This document shows, one piece after another, positions 35,833 through 45,891 of a stretch of DNA of 64,000 bases. Both the position numbers and the translations under genes were made by a program. A model generated the notes under the pieces. It did no database searches. It was not told the origin of the DNA and saw only the letters and a list, made by a program, of their open reading frames with translations. The DNA lies in NCBI GenBank assembly GCA_902496295.1, contig CABVAF010000001.1, positions 196,568 through 260,567 of the forward strand. Direction: 5' to 3'. This DNA comes from an uncultured Clostridium sp. GTDB taxonomy: Bacteria; Bacillota; Clostridia; TANB77; CAG-508. The number at the start of each line of letters is the position of its first letter. Position 1 is the first letter of the stretch.

Positions 35833-38800
35833 TTAATATTCTCCTAATATTTCTATCCTCATTCTTGTATAATCTTTTACTCCTAGTTCTTGTCCATCTA
35901 CATTAATATCTGCTGCTAAACTTTCAATTTCATTAAATTCTCTTAACTTTAAAATATATCTTCTAAATGTACTCAAATCATATGTAGTTACTTTTCCATC
36001 TCCATTAATGTCTCCTGATACAACTATAGTATATTCTGCACCATTATTTAATTGTAAGATATCTCCTGTAGCTACAATATCATCCTTTGATAATTCTTTA
36101 TCATTTCTCTTTACAGTATAATTTTTAGTCAAATTAAATTTTTTTGCAAACTGTTCTAATTTCGTTTTTTGTCTTACATTTAGAATATAACCATTATTTA
36201 TAGTATATCCGTCTGTTCCATCTTCTACAATATATATCTCTATTTCCGTTTTATTTCCAGCTTTATCTGTTGCTATAATATTATATATACCCTCTTGTGC
36301 AAGTTTTGCACCATTGCTATATTGAATGCTTGTACCATTAAATAGAACTTCAATAGATGCTAAGTTCTCATCTTTTATAACTGGTGTTGCTGAATTTGTG
36401 TAAATTTTTCCATTAACTACTCCAGAGATAACTGGTGCATCTTTATCAATGCTTGTAATTTTTATTTCTTCTTTAAACACTTGTCCTCTTCTTTCATATT
36501 CAAAAGTAAAAGTGCCATTTTTAGTGAATGTATATGTATTTTGTCCATTGTTATTAGTTACTTTTGAATCTGAGCCTATATTTAATGTTACTGTTATGTC
36601 TTGGTTAGTAAACTCATCTGTATTTGAATAGCTTACTGTAACTGGATTTTCTTTAATGTATTTATTTATATAGATATTTGCAAAGTCGTTTGCCCAGTCT
36701 GCTAAATAATAGGCATGTAAGCTGTTACTTACTATTAAACCTGTTTTTATATCATTTTCTTCCTCTAAGCTATTTATATATTCTGATTTTTCGTGTAATT
36801 CTTTAGCAAAATCTAAAATCTTACTTGGATAAATTATATTTAAATCTGAATTATTATTAATAGTAGTTTCTGCTTTGTTAATAAGTTCTTCTGTAGCTGT
36901 ATAATAAGCCGCTCTAGAAGTAGCACTTACTGTAAGCAAATCTTCATATGAATTGCCTATATCATTTAACATGTCTAACATTGAACTTACTTTAACATAT
37001 TCTACATTAAGCTTTTCATTATTAAATGCATTTAAAATAGTAGTTCCTAATGCAAAATGTTCACTCATCATTTCTATAGCATTTTCTTGTGTTTCTGTAG
37101 TATTACCTGAAATTGATGACATATAGTTTTTTAACTTATCTATTTGTCCTTGCATCCCATCTATGCTTGCTATCTCTTGGCTAAATTTCTCTTCGAATTC
37201 TGAGTATTTTTCTAGTGATGTATTAGAAATCGCTTCATAGAAATATTTTGTTGAAACATTATCTAAATAAACTGGTGATGCCGTGATTGTTAATGTTCCA
37301 TCTGTATTTTCAATTGCATTGCCATACATATCACTTGCGGTAAAGTCTTCATATGGAATATTTATATTATTATTTGAATTTGTTGTCCATGCTATAATCT
37401 TAGGTTTTCCATCCTTGTTATATACATGTGCTTCTAGTCCATTTGCTAAATTAACTGTACCTATGTATTCAGCTCCGTTAGTGTTTTCATAGTAGTTTTT
37501 CATTGTATAATAGGCTGGTTTCGGAGTATAGTCATACGTTATCAAGCCAAAGTTATGTTCTTGATTTGATGCACTTTCTCCTATATTTCTCGAATTATAT
37601 ACAACTTTCTCCTTAATATTATTCTTATCATATGTTACTGTTTGCTTTAAAATTTTGTTTGCCTGCTCAATTTCCGTAAACCCTTTAGTATGGGAAGAAG
37701 CACCGTATTCAGATACGTTTATTTTATAGAATCCTCCTAAATCATTTAACATTTTAATATGTTCATTTATCATCTTTTGAGTCCAGTTTGTATTATTAAA
37801 TTCATCATATTGATGTATTGATATATTGTTTATCGTTTGGCTTTCTTGTAAAATATATTTTATAAAATTAGTACTACTTATTTTATTTTCTTCGTCATAC
37901 ACTACGCCAGCTGTTCCGCCTGCTAATATTTCTATTTCTGGATTTATTTGTTTTAACTGTTCATTTAAAATTGAAACTGTTTTTATATAATACTCTATCT
38001 TTTCATCTGTTGTATATAAAAAATTAGCCTCATTTAAGATCTCATACTTCGTTATCATAGGGTATCTTTTAGCAAATGTTGTAACGAACTTTACCATTTT
38101 ATCAATTTCATCTTGACTTGAGATAAGTTTGTCATCACCTAATAATTCTCCTGGATTATTAATAATCGCTATCACTTCAATATTATTTTCATTTAATTTT
38201 AATATCCAATCATCATATTTACTAAAATCATATTCTCCATTCTTATTTTCTATATTCTTCCATGAAATGTCATCTCTAATAGTCTTGATTCCCAAGTAAT
38301 TTAATAATTGAATAGTTCTTTCATCATCTATTTTGTAGTCAAAATGCGTAGATACAGCATTAGTACTATACTCATCCAAAAATTGTTTTTTATATTCCTT
38401 TATGTATAATTTTTGAACCTTTACATCATAAAAACTGCTACTATCTTTATTTAAAGATATTGCTAAAACATTATCTCCTTCTTTTAAATTATATTTAACA
38501 ATATTATCTCCTTCTTCTAATACATATTCCTCGTCATTTATTTTTATCGTATATAAACTATTATTATCCAAATTAGTCAAGTTGACGTTAAAATCAAATA
38601 TTTCTGAATTTGTATATGGTAAATCATTTTTTAAAATAATATTATAGTGTTCATCTATTAAATTATTATCTTGACTTTCGCTTATTTCCTCTATTAATCC
38701 AAAGATATTATATCTTTTTTCTTGTATATGTATACTACTCCCACCACTTGAATTTTGTATTATTATACCATTATTATTTGCAGATTCTATACACTTTAGA

Positions 38801-38883
38801 ATAATCATAGGAATAATCTTTATTATTAATACTATAATTAAAATTATTATAAAAATAGTAATTATAACTCTTTTTCCCTTCAT
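35833..38883 (-). CDS. Secreted multidomain clan GH-A glycoside hydrolase with Ig-like modules and a C-terminal type-I-like dockerin
   Basis: 1016 aa. N-terminal signal/anchor. TIM-barrel cues IRDDISWKNIE..G.YDF, acid/base YEILNEAN, nucleophile NVSEYG, FGLITYDYTPKPAYY. Ig-like DKDAPVISG...ATDKAGN. Last about 60 aa GDINGDGKVTTYDLSTFRRYIL...AADINVDGQELGVKDYTRMRIEIL. Confidence 0.6.
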   Translation of the reverse strand: MKGKRVIITIFIIILIIVLIIKIIPMIILKCIESANNNGIIIQNSSGGSSIHIQEKRYNIFGLIEEISESQDNNLIDEHYNIILKNDLPYTNSEIFDFNVNLTNLDNNSLYTIKINDEEYVLEEGDNIVKYNLKEGDNVLAISLNKDSSSFYDVKVQKLYIKEYKKQFLDEYSTNAVSTHFDYKIDDERTIQLLNYLGIKTIRDDISWKNIENKNGEYDFSKYDDWILKLNENNIEVIAIINNPGELLGDDKLISSQDEIDKMVKFVTTFAKRYPMITKYEILNEANFLYTTDEKIEYYIKTVSILNEQLKQINPEIEILAGGTAGVVYDEENKISSTNFIKYILQESQTINNISIHQYDEFNNTNWTQKMINEHIKMLNDLGGFYKINVSEYGASSHTKGFTEIEQANKILKQTVTYDKNNIKEKVVYNSRNIGESASNQEHNFGLITYDYTPKPAYYTMKNYYENTNGAEYIGTVNLANGLEAHVYNKDGKPKIIAWTTNSNNNINIPYEDFTASDMYGNAIENTDGTLTITASPVYLDNVSTKYFYEAISNTSLEKYSEFEEKFSQEIASIDGMQGQIDKLKNYMSSISGNTTETQENAIEMMSEHFALGTTILNAFNNEKLNVEYVKVSSMLDMLNDIGNSYEDLLTVSATSRAAYYTATEELINKAETTINNNSDLNIIYPSKILDFAKELHEKSEYINSLEEENDIKTGLIVSNSLHAYYLADWANDFANIYINKYIKENPVTVSYSNTDEFTNQDITVTLNIGSDSKVTNNNGQNTYTFTKNGTFTFEYERRGQVFKEEIKITSIDKDAPVISGVVNGKIYTNSATPVIKDENLASIEVLFNGTSIQYSNGAKLAQEGIYNIIATDKAGNKTEIEIYIVEDGTDGYTINNGYILNVRQKTKLEQFAKKFNLTKNYTVKRNDKELSKDDIVATGDILQLNNGAEYTIVVSGDINGDGKVTTYDLSTFRRYILKLREFNEIESLAADINVDGQELGVKDYTRMRIEILGEY

Positions 38884-38941
38884 TTTTCCTCCTTTTATAT
38901 CATAGGATTTATCTTTAGATATAATATATCATAATTAATAT

Positions 38942-39559
38942 TTATTTCCACTGTATATTTTCTCTTATTACTTTCGCTGGCACTCCAGCTACTATCGAAT
39001 TTGCCGGAACATCCTTAGTTACAATTGCTCCTGCCGCAACGACTGCTCCATCGCCAATGGTTACACCCTTCATAATGATTGCTCTTGTCCCTATCCAAAC
39101 GTGATTTCCAATTGTTATTGGTTTTATCATTTTATCTTCCTGTCCTATAATCTCATGAGCATCCGTATCTCTTATTATTACATCTCTAGCAATTACTACA
39201 TCATTTCCTATTTTGATATTCCCCGCACAAATAAGCTGTACAAATGCATTGAAATATCCTTTATTTAACTCCAATTTTGCATTATCAAATATTCTAATAT
39301 CTGAACCAATGCCAACTGAAAAATTTCCGTTAATCTTCAATTCAGAATTTTTCCCCATACTAATCCTTGTTTCTTGTCTTGATTTCGGATTTTCTTTACT
39401 TCCTACTATTAACATTCCTTCACCACTAATTTTCGCTGTTTTATCAATATTTACTCTTGTATATCTATATATCTTTAAATTTTGCTTTTTTAATAATCTA
39501 TATACTGTTTTTATTAAAGAAATATCTCTTTTCATATTTATTTTAATTCCTTCCTTCAA
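38942..39559 (-). CDS. Left-handed beta-helix (hexapeptide) O-acetyltransferase
   Basis: [50 protein letters not shown]. Confidence 0.8.
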   Translation of the reverse strand: MKEGIKINMKRDISLIKTVYRLLKKQNLKIYRYTRVNIDKTAKISGEGMLIVGSKENPKSRQETRISMGKNSELKINGNFSVGIGSDIRIFDNAKLELNKGYFNAFVQLICAGNIKIGNDVVIARDVIIRDTDAHEIIGQEDKMIKPITIGNHVWIGTRAIIMKGVTIGDGAVVAAGAIVTKDVPANSIVAGVPAKVIRENIQWK

Positions 39560-39662
39560 TTATATCTCCAATTCTAAAAATTTAATATAACATCAAAGTC
39601 AAATTTTAAATTTATACTCTACATTTTATTGAAGCAAATTTTAACAATACTAAAAATTATAA

Positions 39663-40838
39663 TTATTTTTGTACTATATGATTTTTTAATCGCTTAAGAG
39701 CATTCTTAATCTTGCTAGATAATTTTCGTTTGCAAACTCTTTCAGTATATCTTTTTATATTGAAATTCCTTTTTTGGTATTTTTTGAAAAAAGTCTTTAT
39801 ATATTTATTTTTGTTTGCACTAGTCACCATACTTACATTATTTTTAATAGCTTCTTGCAAATTAATCTCTTTATATCTCATTTTATCACTTATTGAGTTA
39901 AACAATTCTATTCCTCTATTAGAATTAACTACAACCAATGAAGTTCCTTTATTATCATCAAATTCTGGCAATATTTTCTCTATTCCCCACAAATCTGCCA
40001 ATGTTATATCTGAATTTCTATTTATTTTTTTAAATTTACAATCATAGCATGAATCTCTAAGAATTACATCCTTTAAAAAAAGTCTTAAATATGTATCTTT
40101 TAAATTATTATTTGTATAAATTGTATCATCATTGAAAGTCACTTTAATATAATAATTTTTCCATCCTTTTTCTTTATTTCTAAACTCTATTTTTTTAATT
40201 TTTTGATTATATTCTTTCTCTAGGAATTCTTTATATAACTCCCAAACTTTAGGTGAAGGAACTCCGTGGCAGATTAGATCTTGTGTGTAGAGCTTTTTAT
40301 AATCTTTATTTAAAAATGTATATAATCCTTCTATTTGGCATGGTGTACCAGTAAAAAGAACCATCCTTCCACTATTTAATAATTCTTTCGTCTTTGCATA
40401 CATTTTGTTTATATCACTTTGTACATATTTAGAAGTATATAGTTTATATAAGTCTTTTTCGTTTTCTACACATATATGTTTTACTTTATAATCATTATCA
40501 AATGCTGCTCCTATAACTGCCCCTTTTTGTTTTAAAATTTCTAAAGCCAATAGTGAAAATATTCCTCCTGAAGAACTATGTTTTCTTATGTTTTCGTCTA
40601 AGTTTATACATGCATATGCTTTTATTTCATTATTATTACTACAACTATTGGTTATTGGACAAACTTTCCTACATAAACCACATTTAACACATTTATCTTC
40701 ATCAATTATTGGATATTTAAAACCTTTTTCGTCATCTTCCATTTTAATTGCTTTCTTAGGACAAATGTTAAAGCACGCTTGACATCCACAACATTTAGGT
40801 TTATTTTGTTCTATTTTAAAGTTTAATATTTTCTCCAT
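39663..40838 (-). CDS. FrhB/FdhB-like (coenzyme F420 hydrogenase beta-like) protein with N-terminal 2x[4Fe-4S] ferredoxin domain
   Basis: CCGCQACFNICP and CVKCGLCRKVCP, then SSSGGIFS and GTPCQIEGL. Confidence 0.72.
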   Translation of the reverse strand: MEKILNFKIEQNKPKCCGCQACFNICPKKAIKMEDDEKGFKYPIIDEDKCVKCGLCRKVCPITNSCSNNNEIKAYACINLDENIRKHSSSGGIFSLLALEILKQKGAVIGAAFDNDYKVKHICVENEKDLYKLYTSKYVQSDINKMYAKTKELLNSGRMVLFTGTPCQIEGLYTFLNKDYKKLYTQDLICHGVPSPKVWELYKEFLEKEYNQKIKKIEFRNKEKGWKNYYIKVTFNDDTIYTNNNLKDTYLRLFLKDVILRDSCYDCKFKKINRNSDITLADLWGIEKILPEFDDNKGTSLVVVNSNRGIELFNSISDKMRYKEINLQEAIKNNVSMVTSANKNKYIKTFFKKYQKRNFNIKRYTERVCKRKLSSKIKNALKRLKNHIVQK

Positions 40839-40846
40839 ATTTTATG

Positions 40847-42034
40847 TTATATCCACCCTTCGTCTATTTTTTTTGCGTCATTTCTTTTTCTAAAAATCAA
40901 CTTTTTAATAAACCTCTTTATTGGCATTATTATGCTTTTGGCTAGTGCTACAAAATAAACTGAAATAGGTATTTTTATATTATTATTTTTGTATTCATTA
41001 TATATTTCTTTAAAATAAAAGTTCTTTTGCTTTTGTATCAACATATCTGCTAAAAACTTATTCCTATTTTTATAAAAGTAATTTAAGCTAAATACTTTTT
41101 CATATTTACTAATTTTACCTATCGAATCTAGCTCTAATTGAGTTCTTTTACATTTTGGACAATATCCACAGTTCCTATCTTCATCTATACATACATTTAG
41201 CCAATCATATGTAACAGGATATTTTACTATTTCTTTTATTTTTTCTAGTCTCGAAACACCTACTCCATCAGAATAAAATTGTACATTTTCATTTGATAAA
41301 CACTGCACATTTAAAATGTCATAATATGCTGTACTTTCTGTACTTATTTTTGTATCATCAAAATCATCTCCAGCAGATGCATAATAATATTTTGAGAAAA
41401 GCTTTTGTATAGCTAGTACACATGCCAAACTTCTAAAAGTATGTGTTGCTATATGTGACATCATTAAAAACTCATTCATATTTGTATCTACGCATACAAA
41501 CTTGCAATTATTATCCTCAGCAAATTTTCTCGCCTTTTCTTTTCTTACATTGTATAGATTCCTTGCTTCTTCGCCTCCAAATCTACCACTTGCTCCTGCA
41601 TTAAAAAATGTCAAATGCGTTATATTAAACTCTTTTTCTTCCAAATTTGTATTTTTCAACATCGTATAGAATGAGTCTACTCCACAAGATACTCCTGTAC
41701 CAACAGCATTTTCATGAACTAGAGTACTATTATCTAATTTACTACTAATTTGTATCTTTTTCTTTCCAAACTTTTTGCATAGAAGTGGAATTAAACATTT
41801 ATCTAGTTGATAATATAATTTTGAAGATATACACCCTTCTACTACTATATTCAGCTCGTGCTTAATAGCATATGGCAATACTGCTATTAAAAAAGCATCT
41901 TCTTTTTCATTACATAAATATTTTTTATACTCTTCTTCTACTTCAAACCACATTTCATATGGCTTTTCTGCTAAAATTTCAGCACATAATCTATTATCTT
42001 TAATATATGATTGATTGATTGTTAACGTTTCCAA
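40847..42034 (-). CDS. Uncharacterised protein with variant PP-loop (SCGVDS) and QueC-like Cys4 motif
   Basis: 395 aa. GTGVSCGVDSFYT (codons 116-121 = 41672-41689); compare MnmA GMSGGVDSS in this window. C282-x6-C289-x2-C292-x2-C295 (VCIDEDRNCGYCPKCKR). C-terminal amphipathic/TM helix. Confidence 0.5.
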   Translation of the reverse strand: METLTINQSYIKDNRLCAEILAEKPYEMWFEVEEEYKKYLCNEKEDAFLIAVLPYAIKHELNIVVEGCISSKLYYQLDKCLIPLLCKKFGKKKIQISSKLDNSTLVHENAVGTGVSCGVDSFYTMLKNTNLEEKEFNITHLTFFNAGASGRFGGEEARNLYNVRKEKARKFAEDNNCKFVCVDTNMNEFLMMSHIATHTFRSLACVLAIQKLFSKYYYASAGDDFDDTKISTESTAYYDILNVQCLSNENVQFYSDGVGVSRLEKIKEIVKYPVTYDWLNVCIDEDRNCGYCPKCKRTQLELDSIGKISKYEKVFSLNYFYKNRNKFLADMLIQKQKNFYFKEIYNEYKNNNIKIPISVYFVALAKSIIMPIKRFIKKLIFRKRNDAKKIDEGWI

Positions 42035-42035
42035 T

Positions 42036-43577
42036 TTATTTTTCTCCTTTTTTTAATAGCTTCTTTACAAAGATTTTTTTAACCTCTTTATATTCTTCTG
42101 TTTTGAAAACAAAAATTAAAAATATTATAGATGTAATTATTAGTATTAATATTCCTTTTACAATAAGTCCCCAAAAACCTTGAATATTAATATATTGTAA
42201 AAACAAATAACAAATGGCTAAATTGATTCCAAATACAATAGCATAATATATATATCTAAAATAAAACTTTCTACATTTAGTTTTAAACCTAAGCTTATGC
42301 AATAAGTATGGATCAAAGAATGTAGTTATAAATAACCTTGCTATAGCTGTTGCAAACAATACCCCAAATATTCCCCAAAATTGTACAAATATAATTGACA
42401 AAACAACATTAACAATTGCTGATATTATTGGTACTAATCTGCCTTCTTTAAATATTCCCATTGTAGTTCTAAATGTATAATTGATAAATCTCATTCCATC
42501 AATATACATATTTACTCCTAATATTATTGCAATCAATCCACTTAGAACATATTCTTCCCCCAGCCATATAGTAATAAAATCATTGATTAATAATATAATT
42601 ACCGTCGATACCATTCCACAAATTACAAATGCTATGAAAAGCATTTGATAAAAAACGCTTTCTTGTTTTTTTATATCTTCCCCAGCATTTAAATTTCCAA
42701 CACTTGCTGTAAATGCATTAAAGAAGGAGGTTAAAAAACTATTAATTGCATTTGTTATAGTTGTATAATTAGATAACAATCCTACTTCTGAAACTCCTAC
42801 AAAGGCAGAAATTATAATATTATCTGTTCCTGTAGACAAAGTGTTTCCCAATTTATATAAAATTAAAGACTTGACATCTTTAAATATATTTTTTTCTTCT
42901 TGTTTTGATATTTTTCTATATTCCTTATCTTTTATAAAAGGATACATTTTGTTAGCCAGCATTGATGAGATAAAATTGTCTAAAAATGTAAAAGCTATTT
43001 GTACTAATAAATATAAAATATAATTTCTAGTAAATAATAGAATAACTATTTGTATTATATTTTGTATTATTACTGACACTAGATTAATTATAGTTGTAAT
43101 GTACTCTTTCTGATAACCTATTATTATAGATTTCTTATATGTAAAGAAATACGAAATTGTAGAATTAACCAAAAACAATATATATATATAATAAATATTT
43201 TCCTTTATATCTGGAACATCTTTCACTATATATTTCAATGCAGGTATAATTACTATTCCTATCGCTAATATAACAATTCCTATAAATATATATGCTTTTC
43301 TATAAAAATTCAAATACGTTTTTATCTTTTCTTGGTCATTTTGAGCAATTGGCTTATATAGCTTATATATTATTGCACTTCCTATGCCTAATTCTGCAAA
43401 TGATAGCATTGTTAATATATTAGTAAATAAGCCATTAATACCCAAATATTCTGTACTTAATATCCTAATAAATACAGTTCTACATATAAATTGTAATACA
43501 AATATTAATATTTTTGATAACAATGCCAATGTTGAATTTATTGTAGTATTCCTTATTCTTGAAGTCTTCTCTCCCAT
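42036..43577 (-). CDS. Wzx-type oligosaccharide flippase (MOP superfamily)
   Basis: 513 aa, about 14 TM. Polysaccharide-biosynthesis-protein pattern and locus context. Confidence 0.8.
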   Translation of the reverse strand: MGEKTSRIRNTTINSTLALLSKILIFVLQFICRTVFIRILSTEYLGINGLFTNILTMLSFAELGIGSAIIYKLYKPIAQNDQEKIKTYLNFYRKAYIFIGIVILAIGIVIIPALKYIVKDVPDIKENIYYIYILFLVNSTISYFFTYKKSIIIGYQKEYITTIINLVSVIIQNIIQIVILLFTRNYILYLLVQIAFTFLDNFISSMLANKMYPFIKDKEYRKISKQEEKNIFKDVKSLILYKLGNTLSTGTDNIIISAFVGVSEVGLLSNYTTITNAINSFLTSFFNAFTASVGNLNAGEDIKKQESVFYQMLFIAFVICGMVSTVIILLINDFITIWLGEEYVLSGLIAIILGVNMYIDGMRFINYTFRTTMGIFKEGRLVPIISAIVNVVLSIIFVQFWGIFGVLFATAIARLFITTFFDPYLLHKLRFKTKCRKFYFRYIYYAIVFGINLAICYLFLQYINIQGFWGLIVKGILILIITSIIFLIFVFKTEEYKEVKKIFVKKLLKKGEK

Positions 43578-43611
43578 ATTATGTTCCTTTCTTTTACTGT
43601 TTATTAATACA

Positions 43612-44712
43612 TTAACTTTCTATATTTAAGGCTTTTATTAGAAAACCATTTGCTTTTTTTCTCTCTTTTTCTAATATATCATAAGTATTTGTATAGTCAA
43701 GTTTTAACTGTTCATTTCTTAATTTCCCACTAAACCATCTATCTTTTAAGTCAAATTTATCTAACAAAGTTTCTAACCTTGAATTCATTTTTACATTTGA
43801 GTCCTCTCGATCAAATACAATAAATGGTCTTTTATATAACATAGCAAAAACACAAGAATGGAATGAATCTGTACATATTAAGAAAGCATTTTTTTCTAAA
43901 TATAAAAATTCACTAGGACCTACTGCATAAAAAGGGCTATTCATATCAAATATATTGATTATTTGGCAATTGTTTTCATTTGCAATCCTTTCTATCTCTG
44001 TAGCTCTTTCTTTTGATAACTCACCCAAGAAATAGTTTAATACAAATTTGTTGGTATTTAACTCTTTAGGTTTTTGAGAAACTTTATTCCATTCCTCTGA
44101 TGTCAACAACATCGTAGGATCTACTAACACTTCTACATCTTGTCTTCCTGTTAATTCTTTTATTATTTCCTTACCTCTTTCTTCTCTTACAGACAATTTT
44201 GGAATTTCCTTTAACCATTTACTGTAATCGTCCTTCATATTACTATTTATGCTAGATGTACCAAAACTTGGTGAAAATGCTATTCTTTTAGTAGCATCAG
44301 CAAATTGTAAAAAATTAACATGTGAATTTTCTTTATAATTTGAGTTCCATATTTGATCACTTCCACAAATAAAATAATCATAATCTTTATTAATATTCTC
44401 ATTTATCTCTACATTTGAAATACTAAATTTTGAATACTTAATATTTTTTTTATTAAATTTTTTAAATTTTTTTAATCTCTTTAAAAAGTTACAATTTTCT
44501 TTTCTTTTATAACCTACTATAACTTTTACGTAAGTCTTTATCTTTCTTTTTACTTCTCCTATTTTGTAACTTTTAATTTTTTGATTCTTATAATTATGAA
44601 TTGTTTCCACTTCTACATTTTTATATTTCTTTAGACATTCTTGTACTGCATAATTTTGAAGTCTGTTTCCTAAATTTTCGCCTTCAGTTATTGTAATTAT
44701 TCCTATTCTCAT
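43612..44712 (-). CDS. Polysaccharide pyruvyl transferase family protein
   Basis: MRIGIITI..GENLGNRLQNYA, GSDQIWN, CTDSFHSCVFAMLYKRPFIVF. Confidence 0.72.
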   Translation of the reverse strand: MRIGIITITEGENLGNRLQNYAVQECLKKYKNVEVETIHNYKNQKIKSYKIGEVKRKIKTYVKVIVGYKRKENCNFLKRLKKFKKFNKKNIKYSKFSISNVEINENINKDYDYFICGSDQIWNSNYKENSHVNFLQFADATKRIAFSPSFGTSSINSNMKDDYSKWLKEIPKLSVREERGKEIIKELTGRQDVEVLVDPTMLLTSEEWNKVSQKPKELNTNKFVLNYFLGELSKERATEIERIANENNCQIINIFDMNSPFYAVGPSEFLYLEKNAFLICTDSFHSCVFAMLYKRPFIVFDREDSNVKMNSRLETLLDKFDLKDRWFSGKLRNEQLKLDYTNTYDILEKERKKANGFLIKALNIES

Positions 44713-44715
44713 TGT

Positions 44716-45873
44716 CTAAACCTCCAACAGTTTTTTTATATCATTATCCCATTCTTTATTAGCTCTTTTTAAATTCTCTATAAGTTTATTTTTTAAATTC
44801 TCGTCATTAATTAATAATTTTATCTTATTATAAAAATCGATTTTATCAAATTCACACAATAAGCCATTTTCACTATCTTTTATCTGCTCTCTAACACAAT
44901 CTAAATTAGTAACAATAATTGGCTTTTCCAAAATTCTAGCTTCAGCAATTGCTATTCCGTAGCCTTCATGTCTAGAAGGCTGAACATAAATATCACACTT
45001 TAAAAAATATGGATATGGATTTTCTTTCATACCTAAAAGAATAACATTATTGGATAATTCTCTTACTCTGATCTCTTTTGATATATTTTCGTATAAACTC
45101 CCTGTCCCAATTATATACCATTTAAATTCTATTGCAGCATCTTTTAATAGTTTAGCAACCTCTAACAACAAGTCATATCCCTTTTGATATTCTAACCTTC
45201 CAACTGTCAAAAGCTTAAAGCAATTTTCCTTCATTTCCTCTATATTTTCTTTTGACAATTCAATAATTTTTTTACTATCTATAATATTTCTAAATAATTC
45301 TAATTTATCTCTATATTTGGGATATATTTCTCTAACTCTTCGTTCGCATGCTTCAGAAACACAAAATATCTTGTCATACTGATTAATATATGTTTCAACA
45401 CTATTTAACCAATCAATTTTTTCATCATGTATAAAGATTATTTTTTTATTTGACTTTATTTTTTCTACTACATATCCAGTTCCAATATAACCATAGCCAT
45501 GGAAATCTATTGCTATGTCATATACGTCTCCTTGTTGTTGTACATTTTGTAATATTGCTTCATACTTGTCTATATTCTTTTTTCTTAGTAGTTTACAAAT
45601 AAGTTTAAACTTTAAAGTTTGATATGTAATATTTTTAATTGTTAGTTTATCAAGATAAAGATATTGTTTTTTATCCAATACTTCTATTATTTTTACTTGC
45701 TCTGGTATGTTTTTTAAATAAATACCTTCTTTTTTTAATAGTCCCAAAGTAATGGATACATCTTGATATTTTATTAGTTCATTTAAGAGGTTAAGCAAGG
45801 CAACTTCTGTTCCTCCAGACTCCATCTTTTTTGCCATTATAAAGATTTTTCTTTGCATATTTCTAGCTCCCAT
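44716..45873 (-). CDS. GT4-family glycosyltransferase
   Basis: C-terminal HEGYGIAIAEARILEKPIIVTN...ENGLL (E-x7-E type motif). Confidence 0.85.
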   Translation of the reverse strand: MGARNMQRKIFIMAKKMESGGTEVALLNLLNELIKYQDVSITLGLLKKEGIYLKNIPEQVKIIEVLDKKQYLYLDKLTIKNITYQTLKFKLICKLLRKKNIDKYEAILQNVQQQGDVYDIAIDFHGYGYIGTGYVVEKIKSNKKIIFIHDEKIDWLNSVETYINQYDKIFCVSEACERRVREIYPKYRDKLELFRNIIDSKKIIELSKENIEEMKENCFKLLTVGRLEYQKGYDLLLEVAKLLKDAAIEFKWYIIGTGSLYENISKEIRVRELSNNVILLGMKENPYPYFLKCDIYVQPSRHEGYGIAIAEARILEKPIIVTNLDCVREQIKDSENGLLCEFDKIDFYNKIKLLINDENLKNKLIENLKRANKEWDNDIKKLLEV

Positions 45874-45891
45874 TTTAGTTTTAATGTTTCT

